Assembly (NCBI GenBank): GCA_022767515.1
Contig: JALENK010000009.1
Span: 15,423 to 79,422, forward strand
Source: Clostridium sp.
GTDB lineage: Bacteria > Bacillota > Clostridia > Clostridiales > Clostridiaceae
DNA: 64,000 nucleotides
Direction of reading: 5' to 3'
How positions within the stretch are numbered: the first letter of the stretch is position 1; every line of letters begins with the position of its first letter. Shown piece after piece: positions 1 through 8,872 of this stretch. Below the pieces are notes generated by a model. It was not told the DNA's origin, ran no database searches, and saw nothing but the letters and a program-made list of their open reading frames with translations. The position numbers were made by a program, and so were the translations under genes.

Positions 1-909
1 CATTACTGTTGGTTTTATTACCTTTAATATCTCTTCTTTGCTTGTAATATTATCTATACCTAAAACGTCAGTATACTCTATATTATCTTTTTCCCCTATT
101 TCACGTTTCATTTTTTCTGCTGTATTAAAATCTACTAAATATTCCTGTGCAATAGCTTCAGTAGACTCATCACCTGCGATAGGAACCATACCATAAGCAG
201 ATATTGTCTCCTTTGAACTTATTGCTATATCGGAAGTTCCAGCACCAATATCTACTAATGCTATATTTAACAGTCTTAACTTTTGAGGTACAGCAGCCTC
301 AATTGCAGCAATAGGCTCTAAGGTTAAATTAGTAACATTAAGTTCCACCTTACTCATAACTGTATAAAGTGATTCTACAACTGATTTAGGTAAAAAGGTT
401 GCTATTACCTCTGCTCCTATAACTTCTCCCTTATGACCTAAAAGACTAGATATCACATAAGAATTTAAGTAGTAATTTTTAACTGAATATCCAACGCAGT
501 ACATCTTACCATCTGTTTTATCATTAATTTCCTTTTCAGCAAGCTTTACTGCACTTAGCTCTACTCCTCTTATAATATCCTTATTAATCTCCTCTTCACC
601 AGCTAACTCCACCTCTGCTTTTGCTTCAGCCGTCTTTAAAAATCTTCCAGCAGCAGCTATAGATACATTCTTTAGTTCAATACCAAGTTCATCCTCTAAC
701 ATTTTCTTAACATAGCCTACTGTCTTAGCAACTAAATTAATATCATGAATCTGACCATCTACCATTGCTCTTTCTTCATGTTCTTTATACTTTTCACAAA
801 TAATATTAATTTTTTTATCACGTACAACTCCAACAGAACCTATTATAGACCTAGTTCCAATATCTAAAGAAAATATACAGTCATTTAAGTTATACTCATC
901 TTTTATCAT
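1..909 (-). CDS. FtsA-like actin-fold ATPase, partial (runs off the window start)
   Basis: Not in the ORF track. Manual translation from ATG at 909 gives MIKDEYNLNDCIFSLDIGTRSIIG...HEERAMVDGQIHDI...VSIAAAGRFLKT and later LEPIAAIEAAVP...ALVDIGAGTSDIAI, which are FtsA/actin phosphate-loop motifs. RBS AGGGTGA upstream. Confidence 0.85.
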   Translation of the reverse strand, partial: MIKDEYNLNDCIFSLDIGTRSIIGSVGVVRDKKINIICEKYKEHEERAMVDGQIHDINLVAKTVGYVKKMLEDELGIELKNVSIAAAGRFLKTAEAKAEVELAGEEEINKDIIRGVELSAVKLAEKEINDKTDGKMYCVGYSVKNYYLNSYVISSLLGHKGEVIGAEVIATFLPKSVVESLYTVMSKVELNVTNLTLEPIAAIEAAVPQKLRLLNIALVDIGAGTSDIAISSKETISAYGMVPIAGDESTEAIAQEYLVDFNTAEKMKREIGEKDNIEYTDVLGIDNITSKEEILKVIKPTVM

Positions 910-933
910 CTAGTAATCACCCTTTATATATTT

Positions 934-958
934 AAAAAAAGCCTAGATAAACTAGGCT
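934..958 (-). terminator. Rho-independent terminator
   Basis: AGCCTAG-N5-CTAGGCT hairpin followed by T7 on the minus strand, just after the 58-aa ORF. Confidence 0.7.
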
Positions 959-968
959 AATTTGTATT

Positions 969-1145
969 CTAAATTTCTTTCTCTTTTAATTTATTTTTAA
1001 TTTCAAACATTCTTGCTTCTAGTTTATCAATTTCTCTGTCTAATGCTTCTACATCTTTAGGTCTTGCTTTTGACTTCTTATCTAATAATTCATCAATATT
1101 AGCAACTACTCTTAAAAACTCTAAAGCTAAATCATAACAATTCAT
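969..1145 (-). CDS. Small hypothetical coiled-coil protein (58 aa)
   Basis: Below the ORF-track cutoff. MNCYDLALEFLRVVANIDELLDKKSKARPKDVEALDREIDKLEARMFEIKNKLKEKEI, with RBS GAAGGGG upstream and a terminator directly downstream. Confidence 0.75.
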   Translation of the reverse strand: MNCYDLALEFLRVVANIDELLDKKSKARPKDVEALDREIDKLEARMFEIKNKLKEKEI

Positions 1146-1222
1146 AACTATGTCAACCCCTTCATAAATATAATTTACTACTACTATTATAATATTTATT
1201 ATGAAATATTACTAGCATTATT

Positions 1223-2635
1223 TTATAAATTTACAAATTTTATTTTGTTTGTGTTTATTCCTAACACTTTCATATTATTTTTTATATAGTAATCAAGCAT
1301 TTCAATTGTTTCCTTATTTATCTCTTCGCCTGGATTAATAAGTGGTATACCAGGTGGATAGACTGCTATAAATCCTGCTGATACCCTTCCTTCTGATTTA
1401 TCATAGTCGCACTCACAAATATCATAATTAAAAACCTCATATGGTTCTAATATTTTTTTATTTTTTTGAAGATGATTATTTTCACTTATAAAACTAATAT
1501 CTTTTATTTCTTCTAAATCCAATTCTTCAATGGCTACTTTTAATTTAGTAAGTTCTTCTTTGTAAGATACTGAAGACAATATTAAAACTACACCTTCTTT
1601 AAAGCTCATTTCACATTGGATGTGCTTTTTTCTAAAATATTGCAATAGTTTTTCACCAGAATACTCCTTGTCTAAAGTTAAAACAAACCTTGACTCATCT
1701 ATCACATATCCTTCTGGCAAATCCTTTGAAGATAATATTTTTAATTTATTCAAACTATTAATTTGAGTTTTATAATTTTGAGCATATTCTATAAGCTTTT
1801 CATAATCTTGCCTTGCATAGCTTTCAAGGTAATGCCTTGCATAATCTAGTGAAGCCATTATAAGATAAGATGGCGAAGTTGTTATAAATGTACTTATATA
1901 AAATCTAGTCCTATTATTTTCTTCATTTTGTAATAAATAAGCTCCTCCCGTCAGTGCTGGAAGTGTCTTATGTGCACTTACCACAATATAATCAGCTACA
2001 TCATAAAAACCATCCGGCAGTTTATCTGAAGCCTTATAATGAGCTCCATGTGCTTCATCTATTACAATTTTTAAATTTTTCTTTTTAAGATTTATAAGTG
2101 TAGTTCTCAAATCATAAGAAATTCCATAATAACTAGGACTAGTTAAAATAATCCCCTTTGGGTTATTAGCTAAATTATATGCTTTAATTATATTTTCCTC
2201 ATTTGGAGGCAACATAATATTGCCATGTATTACAGGATCAATATATGTTACCTTAAGCTTTCTAAGAACAATAGCATTATATATAGATTTATGACAATTT
2301 CTTTCTACTAAGACCTCGTCACCTTCATCAAAGGCAGAAAAAATACTTATTAAATTACCTGATGATGAGCCATTTACTAAAAAGTAAGCACTCCTTACAC
2401 CATAATAGTCACGAAGAAGATTTTGGGCAGTGCTTATAACTCCCTCTGGTTCATGAAAATTATCTAAAGGCTCTACCTCTGTTATATCTAAATAGCCCAT
2501 ATTATTTACAAATTCTTCTCCTAATTCATCCTTTAAAAAAGCCTTTCCACTTTTATTTCCAGGCATAGAAAATAGAATGTTATTTTCACTTTTATATTCT
2601 AAAATTGCCTCAAGTAGTGGTGCCTTACTCTTCAT
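1223..2635 (-). CDS. Orn/Lys/Arg decarboxylase family PLP enzyme
   Basis: FSMPGNK, FLVNGSS, DEAHGAH, PLP-lysine motif SAHKTL and C-terminal YPPGIP. ATG at 2635 follows GAGGTG. Confidence 0.85.
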   Translation of the reverse strand: MKSKAPLLEAILEYKSENNILFSMPGNKSGKAFLKDELGEEFVNNMGYLDITEVEPLDNFHEPEGVISTAQNLLRDYYGVRSAYFLVNGSSSGNLISIFSAFDEGDEVLVERNCHKSIYNAIVLRKLKVTYIDPVIHGNIMLPPNEENIIKAYNLANNPKGIILTSPSYYGISYDLRTTLINLKKKNLKIVIDEAHGAHYKASDKLPDGFYDVADYIVVSAHKTLPALTGGAYLLQNEENNRTRFYISTFITTSPSYLIMASLDYARHYLESYARQDYEKLIEYAQNYKTQINSLNKLKILSSKDLPEGYVIDESRFVLTLDKEYSGEKLLQYFRKKHIQCEMSFKEGVVLILSSVSYKEELTKLKVAIEELDLEEIKDISFISENNHLQKNKKILEPYEVFNYDICECDYDKSEGRVSAGFIAVYPPGIPLINPGEEINKETIEMLDYYIKNNMKVLGINTNKIKFVNL

Positions 2636-2645
2636 TTTTCTCACC

Positions 2646-3830
2646 TCAATATACGATTATAGCTGAATAATTAGATAACACTTTCTTTGCTACCTTTAAT
2701 ACATCCTCATACTTTTCTTTCTGTGAAAACTTTATATTCATTACCGCCTCAGTAGATAACTTCTTAGCTATATTAATGCTTTTTTCCTGATATAACAATT
2801 CCTTTAACTTTTTAATTTTAGCTAAGGATTTAATCATATCTTCATCAAAAATATATTTATTTTGATTTATATCTTTAATAAGCTCAATTACCCTTTTAAG
2901 AGCCTTCTTGGCATTCTCTTTTGAAGCTGTTGTAAAATTAATCTTATATAACCTTATCCCTTTTTCATAGGAAATCTCAGTTAACACATCATATACAATA
3001 GCCATCTTTGTTCTAAGCTCATTAAATAATAAAGAGTTAACGCCTTCTCCAAAATATTCATTAAATACCTTAAAATTATCTAATTCTTCTTCATTAATTT
3101 GGCTTAATGAAAATATCATTTGAACCCTTGATACATTAATTCCATCTCTTCTTACATAATTAATTTGATTATTTAATAGTTCATTATTTTCGTTTAATGC
3201 CTCATATTTTTTATTGTTATCCCATTTTAAAAAATATTTTTCTATTATATTTTTTATAACATTAAATGAGAGCTTGCTTACTACTACAATACAAGCATTA
3301 CTTGGAATATAATTTTTTTTATAAAATTCTTTTATATCCCCTAAAGTTATTTTATTTAAGGCATCATAAGTTCCAATAATGGGATGTTTAAGTCTATTAT
3401 TAAATGTATTATAAAATAATTTATCCTCAGCAAATTGTTCTAAATCTGCATCCCACTCATTTAATTCCTGCTTAATTATCTCCATTTCCTCATAAAACCC
3501 TGCTTCATCTAAAGCAGGGTTGATTAGTATATCTGAAAATAATTCTACTCCTTGTTCAAAATCTTCATCTAATAGAGTTCCATAATAAATAACATAAGGA
3601 TAGTTGGTCATTGCATTTTGAAATCCAAATATGCTACTAAGCTTTTTATTTATATCATCTTCAGTCTTACTTTTAGTGCCCTTATAAACCATATGCTCAA
3701 CAGCATGAGCTAACCCATACTGTTCTCCTTCTGAAAAAGCACCAGCTTCTAAACCTATTGAAATAGAAGTTAAATTATTTATACCTGGTCTATATATTAA
3801 TTTTATACCGTTTTTTAATATATATTCCAT
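2646..3830 (-). CDS. M16 (pitrilysin/insulinase) family zinc peptidase
   Basis: Intact inverted zinc motif HAVEH and the LFNELR...YDV C-terminal motif. Confidence 0.9.
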   Translation of the reverse strand: MEYILKNGIKLIYRPGINNLTSISIGLEAGAFSEGEQYGLAHAVEHMVYKGTKSKTEDDINKKLSSIFGFQNAMTNYPYVIYYGTLLDEDFEQGVELFSDILINPALDEAGFYEEMEIIKQELNEWDADLEQFAEDKLFYNTFNNRLKHPIIGTYDALNKITLGDIKEFYKKNYIPSNACIVVVSKLSFNVIKNIIEKYFLKWDNNKKYEALNENNELLNNQINYVRRDGINVSRVQMIFSLSQINEEELDNFKVFNEYFGEGVNSLLFNELRTKMAIVYDVLTEISYEKGIRLYKINFTTASKENAKKALKRVIELIKDINQNKYIFDEDMIKSLAKIKKLKELLYQEKSINIAKKLSTEAVMNIKFSQKEKYEDVLKVAKKVLSNYSAIIVY

Positions 3831-5197
3831 TATTTATTCATTTCCTCAGCTTTTAGAGCTATAGCACATTCTATTCTCTTCTTTTGCATCTTACACCCTA
3901 TTTCATATGGAATTCTCATATCACCATTAAAATTAACATTATTAGCTTGGCATCCTCCACTACAATAGAATCTTGCCCAACATTCTCTACATTTTGGTTT
4001 GTTATATATATGTGCCATCTTGAATTTTTTGCTAAGTTCAGTATCAAATGTATCCTCATATACATCACCTAGCTTATATTCTTCTTTACCAACAAATTGA
4101 TGACATGGGTATACTTCTCCTTGTGGAGTTATTGCTACATATTCAAATCCAGAACCACATCCTGAAATTCTCTTATAAACGCATGGACCGCCTTGGATAT
4201 CTATATTGAAGTGATAGAAAGTAAATTCATCCTTTCCTTCCTTCTTTCTTCTTGACATTTCATTATATAATTTATCGTAATTTTCAAATATTTCAGGTAA
4301 ATCTTCTTCTCTTAATGATAAAGGATGATTGTCCTCTAACACAACAGGCTCTATAGAAATTTCCTTAAATCCTTCATTAAGCATAGCCACTACATCTTGA
4401 TAGAAGTCTAAATTATTTCTAGTAAATGTTCCTCTTACATAGAAAGTCTTTCCTTTAGTTCTTCTTTCTATCATCTTTTTGATATTTGGAAGTATATCAT
4501 CATATGAGCCTGAACCATCTACTTTAATTCTAACCTTATCATTAACTTCCTTTCTTCCATCTAATGATAAAATTATATTTCCCATTTCCTTATCCATATA
4601 ATCCATCATATCATCAGTTAAAAGAGTAGCATTTGTAGTCATAGTGAATCTAATATTCTTATTCCACTTTGCTTCATTTTCTCTTGCATAAGCTATGATT
4701 TTTTTTATAGTATCCATAATAAGAGTTGGCTCACCACCAAATAAATCAATTTCAATATTCTTTCTTGGACCACTTCTCTTAATTACATAATCAATTGCCT
4801 TTTTAGCAGTTTCAACAGACATAACACCACCATGACCATGATATTCACCTTCATCTGCAAAGCAATACTTACATCTTAAATTACATCCATGAATAATATT
4901 TAAGCATATAGCCTTTATATAGTCTCTATCATCCATTGAACTGTTCGCAATCTCTTCATATGCATCAGGACTATATAATGCTCCCTCTTCTTCTAATTCT
5001 TTAAGTTCATTATATGCCTCTATTATATCTTCTTCTTTATATTTTCCTTTTAATTCAGAAAGTACCTCTTCTTTTGATTTTATTTTTTCATCATCTAATA
5101 TATCATAAACAAGTTCATCAATAATATGAACTGCTCCCGAATTTACATCTAATACAAAATAGTTTTCACCTTGTTTAAATTTATGAATTAAAGCCAT
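3830..5197 (-). CDS. scfB: SCIFF/ranthipeptide radical SAM/SPASM maturase
   Basis: CNLRCKYC radical SAM motif, GGEP, SPASM cysteines (GPCVYKRISGCGSG, YPCHQF, CRECWARFYCSGGC). Adjacent to a SCIFF precursor. ATG at 5197 follows GGAGG. Confidence 0.95.
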   Translation of the reverse strand: MALIHKFKQGENYFVLDVNSGAVHIIDELVYDILDDEKIKSKEEVLSELKGKYKEEDIIEAYNELKELEEEGALYSPDAYEEIANSSMDDRDYIKAICLNIIHGCNLRCKYCFADEGEYHGHGGVMSVETAKKAIDYVIKRSGPRKNIEIDLFGGEPTLIMDTIKKIIAYARENEAKWNKNIRFTMTTNATLLTDDMMDYMDKEMGNIILSLDGRKEVNDKVRIKVDGSGSYDDILPNIKKMIERRTKGKTFYVRGTFTRNNLDFYQDVVAMLNEGFKEISIEPVVLEDNHPLSLREEDLPEIFENYDKLYNEMSRRKKEGKDEFTFYHFNIDIQGGPCVYKRISGCGSGFEYVAITPQGEVYPCHQFVGKEEYKLGDVYEDTFDTELSKKFKMAHIYNKPKCRECWARFYCSGGCQANNVNFNGDMRIPYEIGCKMQKKRIECAIALKAEEMNK

Positions 5198-5235
5198 AAA
5201 AACCTCCATTTTTTTATATTTATTAATATCAAATC

Positions 5236-5264
5236 AAAAGCAGTAACTATATAAGTTACTGCTT
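5236..5264 (-). terminator. Hairpin/terminator between SCIFF precursor and maturase
   Basis: 11-bp perfect stem AAGCAGTAACT-N5-AGTTACTGCTT with a short U tract. Confidence 0.65.
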
Positions 5265-5272
5265 GCTCAAAA

Positions 5273-5413
5273 TTATTTGTTTTCGCAATCTAAGTTAGCT
5301 ACTGTACAAGAAGTCTTACATGCTGATTGACATGAATTAGCACATTCTTTACAACCTGGCTTGCAAAGACTATTTTTGATGTTTGTCTTATTAACACTTT
5401 TTATATGCTTCAT
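5273..5413 (-). CDS. scfA: SCIFF (six-cysteines-in-forty-five) ranthipeptide precursor, 46 aa
   Basis: Not in the ORF track. MKHIKSVNKTNIKNSLCKPGCKECANSCQSACKTSCTVANLDCENK carries the hallmark CQSACKTSCTV. RBS GGGAG upstream. Confidence 0.95.
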   Translation of the reverse strand: MKHIKSVNKTNIKNSLCKPGCKECANSCQSACKTSCTVANLDCENK

Positions 5414-5485
5414 ATTTCCGTCTCCCATCATAATTATATTTTCTTTTTTATTATATCATATTAATTATTTTATATCAATTCAAAA

Positions 5486-5989
5486 TTATTCTTTGATTAC
5501 CTTCTTCATACCAGCCGATAATGGTAATGATACAACTATTCCAATAACTAATTGAACAATATTACCTGGGATTGAATAAATTGGTGCTAACCAGTTTCCA
5601 TATAAAATGACTTCTGCTATGTAATAACCTGCTATCATGATTATTGCTCCAATTACTAACGCCAAGATATTAACCCCTGTATTATTAGCTTTTCTATCCT
5701 TGCCCCATGAAATTGTACCAATAACTATTCCTTGTACTGCTCTTATAACTAATGTAAATGGTGCCCACACAGCATAAGCTGAAGTTAAGTCTAAAAGAGC
5801 CATTCCTACTCCCCCGGCAATTGCCCCCTTAACTCTTCCAAAAACCAAAGTAGCTGTAAAAAATGCAATATTCCCCAAATGCATCATTCCCCCACTTGCA
5901 AATGGTGATGGTACATAAATAGCTGTACATACATATACTATTGCAATTAATAATGCCGTCTGAACCATGTCCTTAACTTTAAATTTCAT
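5486..5989 (-). CDS. Solitary ECF transporter S component (substrate uncertain, possibly HMP/pyridoxine-type)
   Basis: About 5-6 hydrophobic segments, N-terminal TALLIA motif, HLGN...GAIAGGVGMALLDL, WAPFT, SIPGNIVQ. Confidence 0.8.
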   Translation of the reverse strand: MKFKVKDMVQTALLIAIVYVCTAIYVPSPFASGGMMHLGNIAFFTATLVFGRVKGAIAGGVGMALLDLTSAYAVWAPFTLVIRAVQGIVIGTISWGKDRKANNTGVNILALVIGAIIMIAGYYIAEVILYGNWLAPIYSIPGNIVQLVIGIVVSLPLSAGMKKVIKE

Positions 5990-6022
5990 ATTTTATCCCT
6001 CTTTCAAATTCTAATATTATAT

Positions 6023-6775
6023 TTATTGAACGTCTTGATTTTCCTGATTTTGATTTTCTTGTTCTCCATCATTATTTTCAAGATTATTATTTTCAAGATT
6101 ATTATTTTCTTGATTGTTGTTTTCATTAGAATCATTATTTTTTTGATTTTGATTATCTTCTTTCTGATTTTCCTGGTTATCTTCAGATTGATTTACATTA
6201 TTTTGATGATTCTTTTTATACTCTTCTTCTGCTTTTTTTCTTTTCTCCTCTTCTTCTTTTTTCTTCTTTTCTTCTTCCTCTCTTAGCTTTTTCTCTATTT
6301 TTTCATTTTCTTCATTAATTACCTTTTTAATTCTCTCAATTTCTATATTAGTTATCCTATAATACTCATTTTGAATCAATTTTTGAACATTTTTTATATC
6401 CTTTGAAATAGTTTTATTTTTGTCTTCTTCTACTCTTGAATAATCCATATTTTTCAATGCTTCATATAATTCTTTTACCTTTGATACATTAGTCTTTTTT
6501 ATTGTTTGAAGTTTTTCTTCTAATTTATTTTTGCAATCATCTATCAAATCTTCATCTTCATTTTTATAAACTTCTTTGCACTTATCAAGTATTTCACTAT
6601 ATTCACTCTCATCAATAGCATATTTTGAAAACTTAGTTTCATACTCATCTACTACACTATTAAATTCTCTCATTTTTTCATATCTCTTAGAACTTGCGTT
6701 GCTGTATACAAACATTAACAAAATAGCTACAGCTGCTGTTACTATAATAGTTATCTTAATATATTTCTTATCCAT
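6023..6775 (-). CDS. Membrane-anchored hypothetical protein with coiled coil and N/Q/E-rich tail
   Basis: N-terminal TM helix, EK-rich helix and low-complexity C-terminus. Confidence 0.75.
   Translation of the reverse strand: MDKKYIKITIIVTAAVAILLMFVYSNASSKRYEKMREFNSVVDEYETKFSKYAIDESEYSEILDKCKEVYKNEDEDLIDDCKNKLEEKLQTIKKTNVSKVKELYEALKNMDYSRVEEDKNKTISKDIKNVQKLIQNEYYRITNIEIERIKKVINEENEKIEKKLREEEEKKKKEEEEKRKKAEEEYKKNHQNNVNQSEDNQENQKEDNQNQKNNDSNENNNQENNNLENNNLENNDGEQENQNQENQDVQ
6071..6109. repeat. 15-bp coding tandem repeat (about 2.6 copies; NNLEN units)
   Basis: attattttcaagatt twice, plus a partial attattttc. Confidence 0.8.
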
Positions 6776-6788
6776 TTTTCACCCTACT

Positions 6789-8777
6789 TTATAATATTTT
6801 TAATAACTTTTTCTCTCTAATTATATTTAATGAAAATTTCTTTGTCATCTCATTTTTAAATAAAATTTTTATATAGTCATTATCTATGTTTTTTATTATA
6901 CCTTCTCCATAGACACTATGCTTTACTCTTTTCCCTTTAATAAAGCCTTCCTTTTTCAAGCTACAGTCCTCTAATTTACCTTCTCTTATAAACCTAGAAA
7001 CCTTACTAACTTTTCCTCTTCTATTTTTTAATGAAAATAGATATAACTTATTTATACTTCTAGTAATTCCAACATAAAAAATTCTTCTTTCTTCTTCTAT
7101 TCCTACGTCCTTAGATGAACTATGCGGTATTATATCTTCATTTGCATTTATAATAAAAACATTGTTAAATTCCATTCCCTTTACTGAATGAATAGTCCCC
7201 AGAAGAACACTATCTTTATCTTCACTTTTTTTACTTTCAATTATCCTGTCCTTTACCTCTTTTATATGATTTAAAAATTCATTTATTGTCTTAAAGGAAC
7301 TTGCTGAATTTTTAAATATTTCTACAATTTCCTCTAAATCTTCTATACTGCTACTAAACTTCTCTGAATATGATTTTAAATAATCTATATACAATAAATC
7401 TGTCATTATATACTGAATTGCAGTCATTAATGAAACTTTAGATAGATAGTTAAAATCCCTTTTTAAATCATATATAGATTTACGTTGAAATTCTGACATA
7501 TCCTCTTTATCTATAAGTATGTCAAATACATTTTCATCCTCTTTATGCTCAAGCACATAGTTTATATTAATCTTACTTATATATCTAAATGGCTTATTAA
7601 TAACCCTAGAAAATGACTCCCTATCATGACTGTTAACTGCTAGCTTCAAATAAGCAATAATATCCTTGCATATAAAATGTTCAAAAAAATTATATTCCTT
7701 ATCAAGAAGCTTAAAGGGTATATTATTTCGTATAAATGAATCTATTATCGTAGCTGACTCCATTTTGGTTCTATATAAAATAACATTGTCCAAGAAGCAA
7801 CCATTCTGCTCTTTAATAATTCTAGCTAACCTTTCAGCTTGCATTCTTTCATCATTAACTAAATAATATTCAATAAGTCCATCATCTTTCTTAAAGCTCA
7901 TTATTTCCTTATTATTTCTTGCAATATTATTTCTTATTACTCTTTTTGAAAGCTCTACTATATTGTTTTTACTTCTATAATTAATGGATAAATAATATTT
8001 TTTACTTTCTTTAAAGGTTTGAGAGAAGTTTACCATATATTCAGGTCTAGAACCTCTAAAAGAATATATACACTGATCCTCATCCCCAACTGCAAATAAA
8101 TTATTGTTTTCTCCATTCATAATTTTTAAAAACTTCATTTGAAGCTCATCACAATCCTGAAACTCGTCTACTAATATATACTTATAAAGCTTTTTATACC
8201 CTTCTCTAATTTTATCATTTCTTGAAAAAATTTCGACAACCTTAATTGCCAAATCATCAAAATCCCATAATTTATTTTCTATTTTATATTGTGTATAGGC
8301 TTCATAACATTCAATAAAAATATTTTTACTTACACTTGGTTCAAAATCCTCTATTGAGATATTAGCATTATTAAATAGAGATATATTATTTATTATTTCC
8401 TTTATTTTATCTTCATTAATATCATCAAAATACTTAGCTAGTACGCTCTCTATAATTTTATTAGCAATGTAGGGTTCAATTATTTTTATTTCTGAATAAA
8501 ACTTTCTAAGTATTTTATAAAATAATCCATGAAATGTACCAAAAAACGGAGACCTTTCCTTATTAAAAGTACTTATATATCTATTTTTCATATTAGCTGC
8601 TGCAGCCTTTGTAAAGGTTAATATTAAAATATTATCTTCTGTTATTTTATTATGTTCTAAAATATAATTTACTCTATTTATAAGTAAAGTAGTCTTACCA
8701 GACCCCGGTGCTGCCACTACTAGAACATTTCTTTCTTTAGCTTGCATAGCCATTTTTTGAAATTTATCTAACTCCAT
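6789..8777 (-). CDS. UvrD/PcrA/Rep-family ATP-dependent helicase
   Basis: AAPGSGKTT, ILVDEFQD, VGDEDQCIYSFRG, NYRS, TIHSVKGMEF, EEERRIFYVGITR. Confidence 0.92.
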   Translation of the reverse strand: MELDKFQKMAMQAKERNVLVVAAPGSGKTTLLINRVNYILEHNKITEDNILILTFTKAAAANMKNRYISTFNKERSPFFGTFHGLFYKILRKFYSEIKIIEPYIANKIIESVLAKYFDDINEDKIKEIINNISLFNNANISIEDFEPSVSKNIFIECYEAYTQYKIENKLWDFDDLAIKVVEIFSRNDKIREGYKKLYKYILVDEFQDCDELQMKFLKIMNGENNNLFAVGDEDQCIYSFRGSRPEYMVNFSQTFKESKKYYLSINYRSKNNIVELSKRVIRNNIARNNKEIMSFKKDDGLIEYYLVNDERMQAERLARIIKEQNGCFLDNVILYRTKMESATIIDSFIRNNIPFKLLDKEYNFFEHFICKDIIAYLKLAVNSHDRESFSRVINKPFRYISKININYVLEHKEDENVFDILIDKEDMSEFQRKSIYDLKRDFNYLSKVSLMTAIQYIMTDLLYIDYLKSYSEKFSSSIEDLEEIVEIFKNSASSFKTINEFLNHIKEVKDRIIESKKSEDKDSVLLGTIHSVKGMEFNNVFIINANEDIIPHSSSKDVGIEEERRIFYVGITRSINKLYLFSLKNRRGKVSKVSRFIREGKLEDCSLKKEGFIKGKRVKHSVYGEGIIKNIDNDYIKILFKNEMTKKFSLNIIREKKLLKIL

Positions 8778-8872
8778 TTTACACTCCTAAAACTAATAAA
8801 TCACATTATTTATTGTAATAATATTTATCAAAATACACAACCTATTATTATAATTTAAAGAGGTGATTTTTT

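Noticed and set aside
5361-5555. 64-aa + strand hydrophobic ORF
   Set aside because: Antisense to scfA and the ECF S gene. Its hydrophobicity reflects AT-rich intergenic sequence, and it has no RBS.
6026-6286. 86-aa I/F/L-rich + strand ORF resembling a membrane protein
   Set aside because: Antisense shadow of the N/Q/E/K low-complexity tail of the 250-aa gene.
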